A DNA stretch of 39,860 nt, taken from positions 1-39,860 of the IMG/VR virus record IMGVR_UViG_3300033407_000053; one strand, 5' to 3'. The notes under the pieces were generated by a model. That model had not been told where the DNA came from. It worked only from the letters and a program-made list of their open reading frames with translations, and ran no database searches. Positions 18,350-25,985 of this stretch are shown here, piece by piece. How positions within the stretch are numbered: the stretch's first letter is position 1; every line of letters begins with the position of its first letter. This DNA comes from a virus. Taxonomy: Duplodnaviria; Caudoviricetes. The position numbers and the translations under genes were made by a program.

Positions 18350-18616
18350 CCATCCCCGATGCGCGCCCATGCGCGCAACGAGATCGTCAAGCCGGTCCTT
18401 CTGCGTCCGGTGGTCGCCGTTCCGCGGCAAGCCGTGTTGCGCGAAAAACGATTTCCGCTCCTTTAGCCATGCCTTGTACGGGTGCCGCGCCCTATCTCCG
18501 AACGGGTACGCCGCATCAATGGCCTTCGCCGTCTCTTCGCGCGAAAGCCCTTCTTTCTCGCACGCCATCAGCGTTTCAAGCATGACGGTGTGCGCAATCT
18601 CGCCCCATGTGCTCAT
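18344..18616 (-). CDS. Hypothetical protein (cassette 1 ORF)
   Basis: GGAGG RBS; AIDAAYPFG.R..HPYKAWL motif; stop codon lies inside the core site. Confidence 0.75.
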   Translation of the reverse strand: MSTWGEIAHTVMLETLMACEKEGLSREETAKAIDAAYPFGDRARHPYKAWLKERKSFFAQHGLPRNGDHRTQKDRLDDLVARMGAHRGWA

Positions 18617-18629
18617 GTCTGCCTCCGTG

Positions 18630-18688
18630 GCATAACTCGGCGATCAAGCGCGACGAGCTAAAGCCCGCCGCTTAGCTCTGCGTTGGGC
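18630..18688 (+). mobile_element. Integron attC site (59-base element)
   Basis: R'' GCATAAC, 5-nt spacer, L'' GATCAAGC with extra C, inner stem-loop, L' GCTTAGCT, R' GTTGGGC; 59 bp in total. Confidence 0.8.
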
Positions 18689-18876
18689 GTCAGCTTCCGT
18701 TTCCGCTGTGCCGTTGCTCGATTATTCCTGTGCGCCGCCACGCCGATGGGCCGGCCGTCTTCGCTGACAAATACGAAGTCATGCACCAGCCCGCAGTCAC
18801 AGCAGGCAATGCGGTAAATTTCGCCGCTTGGTACCGTGAAGCCTTCGCCATCCTTCCGCTGCGTGTATCTCGCCAT
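18658..18876 (-). CDS. Hypothetical protein with CCDC..H motif (cassette 2 ORF)
   Basis: IACCDCGLVH; C-terminus TPNAELSGGL is encoded by the attC arm. Confidence 0.75.
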   Translation of the reverse strand: MARYTQRKDGEGFTVPSGEIYRIACCDCGLVHDFVFVSEDGRPIGVAAHRNNRATAQRKRKLTPNAELSGGL

Positions 18877-18881
18877 GTCGG

Positions 18882-19079
18882 CTAGTGCTTCGTCGCCAAA
18901 ACAATCCCACGACGTTGCGCCTCAAGTGCGTAGGTCATCAGGCCGGCGAAACATGCTTGGTGCCACTCGGATTCTTTTTCAGCTTCGGCCGCTGCTTCAA
19001 GGTCGGCCCTGGCGCGCGCCATCGCCGCGATCAGTTCCGCGTCGTTCAAGCTGTCAAGGTGCTCTCGTACTTCGCTCAT
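18882..19079 (-). CDS. Hypothetical protein (cassette 2 ORF)
   Basis: GGAG RBS just inside the cassette boundary; 65 aa, helical. Confidence 0.7.
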   Translation of the reverse strand: MSEVREHLDSLNDAELIAAMARARADLEAAAEAEKESEWHQACFAGLMTYALEAQRRGIVLATKH

Positions 19080-19095
19080 TTACATCTCCAAAATC

Positions 19096-19155
19096 GCCCA
19101 GCCCGGCGCTCAAGCGGGACTGTCGTCGGGACAGTGGCTTGGGACACTTTTTGAC
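19096..19155 (+). mobile_element. Degenerate attC site closing cassette 2
   Basis: GCCCAGC (one change from GCCCAAC, the complement of GTTGGGC), N5, GCTCAAGC, GGGACTGTC..GACAGT stem, GCTT-N8-TTTTGAC. Confidence 0.6.
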
Positions 19156-19343
19156 ACGAGCCCCGTAAAACCAGCGGTAATGAGCGGGTTTCAGGCGCCG
19201 CAAAAAGAGGCGGAATCCCAGTATTTGCGGGGCTTTGCGCACTATACGCGGTCATCGCGGAAGATGCCAGTGTGCCGGGGACGGGACTCGAACCATGGCG
19301 CGTTCAGTGGCTTTTGCGGGTGCGCGGGACATTCTTGGGACGC
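19114..19343. other. attP: tRNA-derived core (19272-19294) flanked by GGGAC arm-type repeats
   Basis: Minus strand GGTTCGAGTCCCGTCCCCGGCAC corresponds to a T-loop, T-stem and acceptor 3' strand (tRNA-Leu-like). GGGAC occurs at 19116, 19128, 19141 and at 19326, 19337. Confidence 0.72.
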
Positions 19344-19615
19344 TGCCGGTCCGCCCAGGCCATGACCTCGACCGCTTTCCAGCGGAGCTGACCGCGACCG
19401 GAGGCCGACGGCAGCCGTATCGTATCAGGGAACCCGACCATCAGCGCGTAGCGCTCGGACACCTGGCGGGCGCTCACACCCAGGTAGGCGCCGGCCGCCT
19501 CCGCGTCCCACAGGACTTTATCGGCGGGGATGGCGGGGCGGGACAGGACATCGATCAACCTGTCGAGTTTTTCAGAGATATCGGTCATCGGGGCTTTCTC
19601 GGTGGTTGTGTTCAT
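19304..19615 (-). CDS. Excisionase / AlpA-like winged-helix protein
   Basis: LWDAEAAGAYLGVS...GFP..IRL...LRWKAVEVMAWA pattern; ends 10 bp from the att core. Confidence 0.75.
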   Translation of the reverse strand: MNTTTEKAPMTDISEKLDRLIDVLSRPAIPADKVLWDAEAAGAYLGVSARQVSERYALMVGFPDTIRLPSASGRGQLRWKAVEVMAWADRQRPKNVPRTRKSH

Positions 19616-19782
19616 GTCGGGTCCGTTCCAATCGCCGCCCGCACCAGATCCATCTGCGTGCGCAGTTCGACGAGCTCGTACAGCTGTTCGCGATACACGT
19701 CCATGTGACGCTCCAGTTGTTCGCGCAGCCGCTTGGTCTCGGCTTCGAGGCGGCGCAGTTTGGCGGATTCCTGCTTAGTCAC
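19612..19782 (-). CDS. Small coiled-coil hypothetical protein
   Basis: GTGA and ATGA overlaps with its neighbours. Confidence 0.55.
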   Translation of the reverse strand: MTKQESAKLRRLEAETKRLREQLERHMDVYREQLYELVELRTQMDLVRAAIGTDPT

Positions 19783-20066
19783 CGCTCCCGCTCCTGCGCC
19801 AGCCGATCCTTGACCGAAATAAGCTCGTCGAGCAGGATCCTGAAATCGACTCGCCATTGTTCGAACGACTCGATCAATGCTTTGTTCTCGGACCGTAGGC
19901 GGGCGTTTTCTGCGACGATCCGACGGACGCACTCTGGGATATCGCCAGCAACAGGCAGCGATCCATTTAGCGCCGACCGGATGCCGCTCAGATGCTCGGA
20001 CATTGCCCGGTTCGCGCTGGCGAGAAGACCGAGGTCGCCGGGCGGGGCCTTGTAATCGCACATCAT
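19779..20066 (-). CDS. Hypothetical protein
   Basis: GGAGG RBS; coupled to its neighbours. Confidence 0.6.
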   Translation of the reverse strand: MMCDYKAPPGDLGLLASANRAMSEHLSGIRSALNGSLPVAGDIPECVRRIVAENARLRSENKALIESFEQWRVDFRILLDELISVKDRLAQERER

Positions 20067-20416
20067 TGGTTGATCCTCCATACCCTCTGTCCGTCCACCG
20101 TCACGGACACCAGAATTCCACGGCCCCGCAGCGACGCGAGATCTCGGTATGTCCGGTCGAGCGGGCCGCCGAACTGAGCCGCAATCTGCGCCGTGGTCCG
20201 ATACTCCTTCTCGCGCACATACCCAAGCACGGCATCCCTGCGGGCTGCTTGCGCTGTACGGCGTTCCGCGATGTCGGACATCCGAGCGTCTGAAAGCTTG
20301 AATCCGATCTCATTCGATCGAAGCTCGTATGCGTATTGGCGGCGCGCATAGCCGAACAGGCTCGACCACGGCTCGGGGATATTTGGCAGGTCGTGATGGC
20401 TGGCTTGTGGGCTCAT
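20063..20416 (-). CDS. Winged-HTH protein, paralog A
   Basis: TTAQIAAQFG...TYRDLASLRGRG helix-turn-helix; N-terminal PWSSLFG. Confidence 0.65.
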   Translation of the reverse strand: MSPQASHHDLPNIPEPWSSLFGYARRQYAYELRSNEIGFKLSDARMSDIAERRTAQAARRDAVLGYVREKEYRTTAQIAAQFGGPLDRTYRDLASLRGRGILVSVTVDGQRVWRINQ

Positions 20417-20748
20417 GCTGACTCCCATTGCCGCGGCGGCTTGCCCGGCATGCAGCGCACGGTTCCGGCAGACTCGAGCAGGCGCAAATCGTTCGTGACG
20501 TTTTCGTTCGTGAGCCCGAACACGTCGGCGAGTTGCGCGACCGTCAGCGGGCCGTTCTCACGCAGATAGACGGCCTCTGCCGCCATGCGCCGGTCGCGCA
20601 TTGCCCTGCGGTGAGTCTGGCTGCCGTTGCTCTGTGAGAGCCCGTACAGGTTATGCGGGACGGCGGGCAACGATTCGCCGTTCTGGCTCGGCGGCGTGAC
20701 GAGGCCGAAGAGCAAAGCCCACGGGGTTGGGAGGTCTGCGGATTTCAT
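20413..20748 (-). CDS. Winged-HTH protein, paralog B
   Basis: TVAQLADVFG...VTNDLRLLESAG helix-turn-helix; N-terminal PWALLFG. Confidence 0.65.
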   Translation of the reverse strand: MKSADLPTPWALLFGLVTPPSQNGESLPAVPHNLYGLSQSNGSQTHRRAMRDRRMAAEAVYLRENGPLTVAQLADVFGLTNENVTNDLRLLESAGTVRCMPGKPPRQWESA

Positions 20749-21857
20749 GCGGCCTCCCGTTGCACAATGCCTTGCGCGAAAATGAACACCTGGCTCAGAT
20801 CGTCTGCGCTCATCGCGTCCAGAAGGTCGTCGATCTCGGCCCGAATGGCGTCGGATGCGCGTGCAAGTTTCATCAATTCGGCGTATTGAGCGGACACAAG
20901 CTCTTCGTCGGCGATGCGCTCGGCTTCCGCGCGCTCTGCAGCAAGTCGAGCCGCTTCTACCTCTCGGGATTTCTGCAGGATCGCGTCCGCTTCGGCGCGT
21001 GCGGCGGAGGCCTTACGGTCGGCCTCGGCGCGCTCGGCGAACGATCGGGCATCGGCTTCGCGCCGGACCGCCTCGGCCTGCCGGTCGAGTTCGGCCTGCT
21101 TCTCGCGGGCGATGCGCTGCTCGGCTTCGAATGCCGCACGTTCCGCTGCGAGGCGTTCGGCTTCGGTCTTCTGCTCGGCGGCGATGCGGGCGCGTTCGGC
21201 TGCTTCGCGCGCTTCCTGCTCGGCTCGCTGCCGGGCGAGTTCCTCGCGCTCGGCCTGCAGGCGGGCGGCTTCGGCCTCGCGGTAGGTTGCGGCATCGTGG
21301 ATCTCGCGCAGGGCGGCGATGGTTTCCGCCTTCGCCTTGTTGGCGGCCGGCGAGAATTCCTCGAACGCGCCGTCGCCCACGTCGATCTCGCCGAGTTGAT
21401 CGATGAGGTTCTGCACCTTCTCTGCGCACGATCCGTATGCCTCGATGATGTGGAATCGGATGAGCTCGATGCCTGCGCGGTGCCCGTCAATTCGCGTCTG
21501 CTCGGCCCGCAACTTCTCCCGGAGCACGGCCGCGCGGGCTGCGTCCCATTCGTCCTGCAGATCCTGCAGGCGGCCCTCCTCTGGCGTGATGAGTGCAATG
21601 AGTCGCTTCTGCTCGGCGATCACGGCGGTCGAAAACGCCTGCGCATCCTCGCGCGCGGCCTTGCCGGTCTTCTCGATCTCGACCCGGGTGTTCTTGAGCG
21701 TCATCCGGGCGCCGTGCGCTTCCTTGTAGCCGTCGGCGTTCTTGATGGCGACGATGCGGACGGAGGACGCCACCAGGGCGGCCAGTTTCAGTTCGTAGTC
21801 CTTGGCGCCCAGGGCGACTGCGGCACGTTCGGGCAGGGTGAGGGCGGTAGTGGTCAT
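20745..21857 (-). CDS. Long coiled-coil early protein (Ala/Glu/Arg-rich)
   Basis: 370 aa; LKNTRVEIEKTGK...EQKRLIALITPEE region; lies in the recombination cluster. Confidence 0.75.
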   Translation of the reverse strand: MTTTALTLPERAAVALGAKDYELKLAALVASSVRIVAIKNADGYKEAHGARMTLKNTRVEIEKTGKAAREDAQAFSTAVIAEQKRLIALITPEEGRLQDLQDEWDAARAAVLREKLRAEQTRIDGHRAGIELIRFHIIEAYGSCAEKVQNLIDQLGEIDVGDGAFEEFSPAANKAKAETIAALREIHDAATYREAEAARLQAEREELARQRAEQEAREAAERARIAAEQKTEAERLAAERAAFEAEQRIAREKQAELDRQAEAVRREADARSFAERAEADRKASAARAEADAILQKSREVEAARLAAERAEAERIADEELVSAQYAELMKLARASDAIRAEIDDLLDAMSADDLSQVFIFAQGIVQREAA

Positions 21858-22351
21858 TTGATTTCAATCCTCGTCGAGCGAGACAGATGTGCACCGGGGA
21901 TGACAAAGCCTTCCTTCATGGCGGACTTCATCGCCGATTTGTCCGGCTCGTGTCGGGCAGGGATTTCCCGCTGGTAATCGATCGGGATGGATGCCTCGTC
22001 ATCGATCACGACCGCTTCCGGGTTGAGCCGGACCGAGATCCGGAACCACGGTGATTCGATCTTCGTGATTCCGCAACGCTCCATGTTGTCGAGCAGGTAT
22101 TGCCGGACGTGCGCGGCTCGGTTTTCGAGTGCCTTGCGGCGCCGCGCCATCTCGGATTCCGCCTGCTTGATCTGCTCGGCAGTCGCTTCGAGATTGCGGG
22201 CGAACATCGCGACGCGCTCCGCTTTCTGTTCGAGCGGCATCGAGATCGATTCGAGGGTGTCGGATACCACTTCGGCCGGCAGGTCCATGTCCGACAGCAG
22301 GTCGGCGGTGGCGCGGAAGTCGGCCGCGAGTTCGTGCAGGGTCAGGTTCAT
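21854..22351 (-). CDS. Siphovirus Gp157 family protein
   Basis: DTLES..LEQKAE, RRKALEN, PDKSAMKSAMKEG..IPGAHL motifs. Confidence 0.82.
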   Translation of the reverse strand: MNLTLHELAADFRATADLLSDMDLPAEVVSDTLESISMPLEQKAERVAMFARNLEATAEQIKQAESEMARRRKALENRAAHVRQYLLDNMERCGITKIESPWFRISVRLNPEAVVIDDEASIPIDYQREIPARHEPDKSAMKSAMKEGFVIPGAHLSRSTRIEIK

Positions 22352-22359
22352 GGCTGGCC

Positions 22360-23055
22360 TCAGATCACACGCCAAGACGCGCCGTCGCCGAGGCGGTTAA
22401 ACGGGATATCGTCCGGGAAGTCTCCGAAACCGCTGCTCATGCCGGCCCCGGGATTCTCCGAATGCGACGACGGCGACTGCGCCTTCGCGCCCGCCTTGCG
22501 CGTGTCGCGCACCGGGTGAGCGGCGAGATAGGCGAGCATCTTCGGAAGCGTCTCCGGGGTCGTCTTGCGCGCCAGGATCTCGCTCACCGTAAGGTCGGTA
22601 TCCGGCTGGAACACGCCGAAAATCTGGATGCGCTCCGAGTCCGCGCCGGTCTTGTTGTTCGTGCTCAATTCCTTCTGCAGCAGCAGGCCGATGCGCTTGC
22701 CCATCAACTCCGGGTAGCCGGGAACGGTAAACTTTTCGCGCTGCCTCGATTCCTTGCTGTACTTGATGCACTCGATCTGATCTTCCTTCGCGCCGCGCAA
22801 TTGCAGGCAGCCGAGCAGGGCTTGCACCGTCTTCATACTCGGCAACGCGTCGCCCTTGGCATTGACGGTGTAGAGGTCGAGGTAGTCGGCCGTCTCGCCG
22901 GAATCGGTTTTGAAGGACAGGCCGAGCCCTTGCGTGTTGTTGCTGGACAGCAGCTTTTCGGCGCGGGTAATGACCCCGACGTACTTTCCGGATTCCGTAA
23001 TTGCGGCGGCGATCTGGTCGGCCGTGGCGGCCACTTGGGGATTGAAGGTCAGCAT
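22360..23055 (-). CDS. Single-stranded DNA-binding protein (Sak4 partner)
   Basis: GKYVGVITRAE start of OB-type fold; acidic DFPDDIPF tail; adjacent to the ATPase. Confidence 0.7.
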   Translation of the reverse strand: MLTFNPQVAATADQIAAAITESGKYVGVITRAEKLLSSNNTQGLGLSFKTDSGETADYLDLYTVNAKGDALPSMKTVQALLGCLQLRGAKEDQIECIKYSKESRQREKFTVPGYPELMGKRIGLLLQKELSTNNKTGADSERIQIFGVFQPDTDLTVSEILARKTTPETLPKMLAYLAAHPVRDTRKAGAKAQSPSSHSENPGAGMSSGFGDFPDDIPFNRLGDGASWRVI

Positions 23056-23072
23056 GTCGTTTGCTCCGTGAA

Positions 23073-23717
23073 TTAGGCCGCGGCCTTGAGGTGGTAGTAC
23101 TCGGTGATTGCGGAGTCGACCATTGCGAGGTCGTTCTCGATATGGTCCGCATCGAACAATCCCATCGGCGTCTTTACCGTGTCCTGCCCGTTGTTGCGGG
23201 TGCTGAAAAGGTATTGACCGTTGATGATGCAAGTCCGCATGACGATGGAAAACATCCCCTCCAGGGTAATTTTTTCGTCCAGCATTTTCCCGATTGTTTT
23301 CGCCTTGACCCGGCCCGCTTCGGATGTTTCGGTGTGCGACAGGATGTAGACGCGGACGTGATCCGGCATGGAAGATGCGGCGCACATGATGTCCCACGCA
23401 TGCCGGCCGATATCGGTGAACTTGTCGTATCCGCGCTCATCGGTGCGGCGCATGTACTCGTTTGCGAGGATGTACTGATAGTCGTCAATCACGATGACCG
23501 GGCGCTTGGTCTTGTGCATCAGCGCCACGATCTTTGCGGAGTCGTCGCAAACGATCATGTTTCCGCCAGCCTGCGTGACGTATGCCCAGCCGCTAGAACG
23601 GAACGGCATCGGCTTCTTGATCGCCTGAATTAGCAGCGTATCTGCCGGGTCCATGTTGCGCAGGCTGGTGGATTTGCCGGTCCCGGATTCCCCGAGGATG
23701 AATGCAGCAATGCTCAT
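23073..23717 (-). CDS. Sak4-like recombination ATPase (AAA_24 type)
   Basis: Walker A GESGTGKS, Walker B IVIDDYQY, TVKTPMG motif. Confidence 0.85.
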   Translation of the reverse strand: MSIAAFILGESGTGKSTSLRNMDPADTLLIQAIKKPMPFRSSGWAYVTQAGGNMIVCDDSAKIVALMHKTKRPVIVIDDYQYILANEYMRRTDERGYDKFTDIGRHAWDIMCAASSMPDHVRVYILSHTETSEAGRVKAKTIGKMLDEKITLEGMFSIVMRTCIINGQYLFSTRNNGQDTVKTPMGLFDADHIENDLAMVDSAITEYYHLKAAA

Positions 23718-23795
23718 GATTCTTTGCCCCTAACTCGTTAAATTCGTGCTCTTCGCTCTGTTGCTGCTGTCCGTAGTCCGGCCCATCGTCGTCCA

Positions 23796-23966
23796 TTACA
23801 GCGCCTTCGCGCGCTTGCTTACGTCACTGGCAATCTGCGCCGACGTTCTCGGGTCGTATGCCCGTCGAAGCGAATTTAGTTCCGTCGCCTGCCATTCGAG
23901 GCGGGTATCCGCTTGCTCGATGCGCCGCTTGATCAGGTAGTGCCGGACTAGCGTAACGATGCTCAT
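23796..23966 (-). CDS. Hypothetical protein (56 aa)
   Basis: Translated manually as MSIVTLVRHYLIKRRIEQ...; GGAGG RBS. Confidence 0.5.
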   Translation of the reverse strand: MSIVTLVRHYLIKRRIEQADTRLEWQATELNSLRRAYDPRTSAQIASDVSKRAKAL

Positions 23967-24319
23967 GACCGCCCCTCCGAACCTGCGATCGCCTTCCGAA
24001 GCATCCGCAGCGCGACCGCTTCCGGGTCAATAGATCCCTCATTCCACCGCTGCTTTGCGAATACGGCCTCGGCGGCGCGTGCGGCGATCATCAGATCTGC
24101 GTGACTGTCCGCGAGGCTCGAATGTTGATGCACAGGCACCACGCCTTGCGACAAATGCTCATCGCTGATTCCGGCGCACGCATTGACGTCGGCACAGATA
24201 CGGTCCGCAATCTCGTCGTCGCTCATATCGAGGCGCGGATAGACCGCGCACACGTCGCGCCCGTCTGCGTCGATGATGTCGCCGGAGCCGTGATTGCTCC
24301 AAGGTGTTTTTGGCAGCAT
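23963..24319 (-). CDS. Hypothetical early protein
   Basis: TPW...RICADVNACAGI motif seen in phage early genes; GGAGG RBS. Confidence 0.65.
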   Translation of the reverse strand: MLPKTPWSNHGSGDIIDADGRDVCAVYPRLDMSDDEIADRICADVNACAGISDEHLSQGVVPVHQHSSLADSHADLMIAARAAEAVFAKQRWNEGSIDPEAVALRMLRKAIAGSEGRS

Positions 24320-24492
24320 TACCGGTCCTCCATCCGATCGAGGGCCGCGTCTTCCTCGTCCTCGAAGGCCTCGGACTCGTCATCGAACTCGTCGTCGGTT
24401 CGCGGATCGTGCGGGTGCCCGCTACACGGCGGGAAATAGTCTCCCGGCCCGCCCAAGACCCCATGGTGAGTTTCATTCAGAATCTTCAGCAT
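24319..24492 (-). CDS. Small acidic protein
   Basis: HPHDPRTDDEFDDE; AGGGGG RBS; TAATG overlap. Confidence 0.5.
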   Translation of the reverse strand: MLKILNETHHGVLGGPGDYFPPCSGHPHDPRTDDEFDDESEAFEDEEDAALDRMEDR

Positions 24493-25126
24493 TTTTATCC
24501 CCCTGGTTGTGTCCGCTACTCTCCCGGACTGGCCCCGCACTGAGTAGTCGGCTACTACCGCGTATTGCCCGCGGCATGCGGATGCAGACGTTTTTGGCGG
24601 TCTGCCAGCGCAACAGCCCTTGCGGTGGGCTGCCGACCTTTGGTGTCACCACCCGGACGCGGACTCTCGCGAATCCGCTACCGGCTGATTCCTCAGCTCG
24701 CCTCATTCGCCCCGCGCCAGCGCAGCTCAGAGATTCCGGTGACATCCATCCGCTGCCGGCCTGTCCGGCATTACCTGCGATGCGCTGCAGGCTGGTGTCT
24801 CGTGTCCCTCGGCCCCATCCATGTCCACCGCCGAGTCGGTGGGAGGTACCGCACACTTGCCCCTGTGCGGCGCCCGAGAGGGACGGGCGTATGTGGGGGT
24901 CAGGCCGTTACTCGTTTGCGACGTCCATGCCCATCACCGATCCGATGGCGATGACCGCCGCCATCAGCGCACCCATGAACAGGTCGGTCACGGCGCGCAT
25001 CACGACCTCTTCGGTGCGGCGGCGAACGCGGCGGCGAGCGATCCGTACTGCAGGATCATCATTGCGGCGATGGCCGCGTCGAAGCCGGTCTTGGCGGGGT
25101 GCGGGACGGTGATTTGCATGATTGCC

Positions 25127-25273
25127 TCAGCGCTTGTTGGTTTTGATGACGAGTCCGGCGGGCGGTGCCGGGATGCGGTATTCCGGGGCGTCGGAGATGG
25201 ACGCGACTTCGGCGAGCGTTGCGCGATCGACAATCGCGATCGTCTGGATTTCGTCGTTGCGGGCGGTTTGCAT
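25127..25273 (-). CDS. First small ORF of the PL operon (48 aa)
   Basis: Translated manually as MQTARNDEIQTIAIVDRATL...; GGAG RBS; ~40 bp below PL. Confidence 0.45.
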   Translation of the reverse strand: MQTARNDEIQTIAIVDRATLAEVASISDAPEYRIPAPPAGLVIKTNKR

Positions 25274-25314
25274 GGCGGTCTCCGGTGGGGCTGCGTGGCG
25301 TTGCTGTGAGTTGA

Positions 25315-25356
25315 ATTATCGGCATATCGATACCAGATGTCAATCGACAAATCGAT
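25315..25356 (-). promoter_or_regulatory. PL promoter (TTGACA-N17-GATAAT) with two OL operators
   Basis: -35 at 25338-25343, -10 at 25315-25320; ATCGgcatatCGAT (25318) and ATCGacaaatCGAT (25343). Confidence 0.8.
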
Positions 25357-25373
25357 ATTTTTGCGTGCGGACG

Positions 25374-25397
25374 AAAAAAATCCCGCGATCGGCGGGC
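25374..25397 (-). terminator. Terminator of the repressor operon
   Basis: Minus strand CCCGC-cgatc-GCGGG followed by A and a T7 run. Confidence 0.6.
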
Positions 25398-25494
25398 TGG
25401 ATAGTTAGCGAAGGCACCGCGTGACGTGTGTCACGCTTCGGCCAGGTAACGGCATGTACAGTCTATGGCTTTTCAGGAGGGCGAACGATGACGG

Positions 25495-25749
25495 TCACGA
25501 TTTTCGAGTTTTCGGCGGCGGAACGTCCGGCGTCGGCAGTGACATCATATCGTCCTCAACGTACCGAGACATCAGACGCACAATGCCCAGCGTCAGCACT
25601 GGTTCTCGGCTGCACGATCCGAGAGAAAATACCTGCACCATCCGGTCGCGATTGATAACGCCGATCGCCAGCCCCGATATCTCTCCGCGCTCGATTTGCT
25701 CTGCCATCGACAGCAGCAGATCGTGCATTTCCTGCTGATCTTCCGTCAT
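25495..25749 (-). CDS. cI-operon accessory protein, paralog 2
   Basis: RGEISGLAI...R.V....G.CSREPVLTLGIVR. Confidence 0.7.
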   Translation of the reverse strand: MTEDQQEMHDLLLSMAEQIERGEISGLAIGVINRDRMVQVFSLGSCSREPVLTLGIVRLMSRYVEDDMMSLPTPDVPPPKTRKS

Positions 25750-25985
25750 GCGCCGTCCAAGTGATGCAGTAGGTTTTGCTCCAGGATGCGAACGGCGCCG
25801 ATGGTGAAAACCGGGCTACGGCTGGCCTCGCCGGTGGCGCCGGTTTGAACCTTGCGCCGCTTGTGCAGGGACACGAACGCAAGCCCGATCAGTTCGCCTT
25901 TGTGGGCTAGCTCCATCAGTTCCATCAGCACATGCATCGTGTCCGATGACGGGTTTTCTGCAATGACCCGGAACGGCGGCTTCAT
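25746..25985 (-). CDS. cI-operon accessory protein, paralog 1
   Basis: KGELIGLAF...R.V....GEASRSPVFTIGAVR; ATGA overlap with the cI stop codon. Confidence 0.7.
   Translation of the reverse strand: MKPPFRVIAENPSSDTMHVLMELMELAHKGELIGLAFVSLHKRRKVQTGATGEASRSPVFTIGAVRILEQNLLHHLDGA

Noticed and set aside
19272-19294. Intact tRNA gene
   Set aside because: Only the T-loop to acceptor 3' strand is present; the upstream sequence cannot form the D-arm, anticodon arm or 5' acceptor strand.
20413-20748. Z-alpha (Z-DNA binding) domain suggested by GKPPRQW
   Set aside because: The recognition helix lacks the Asn and Tyr of the Z-alpha NxxLY motif (VTNDLR here); a generic wHTH is more parsimonious.
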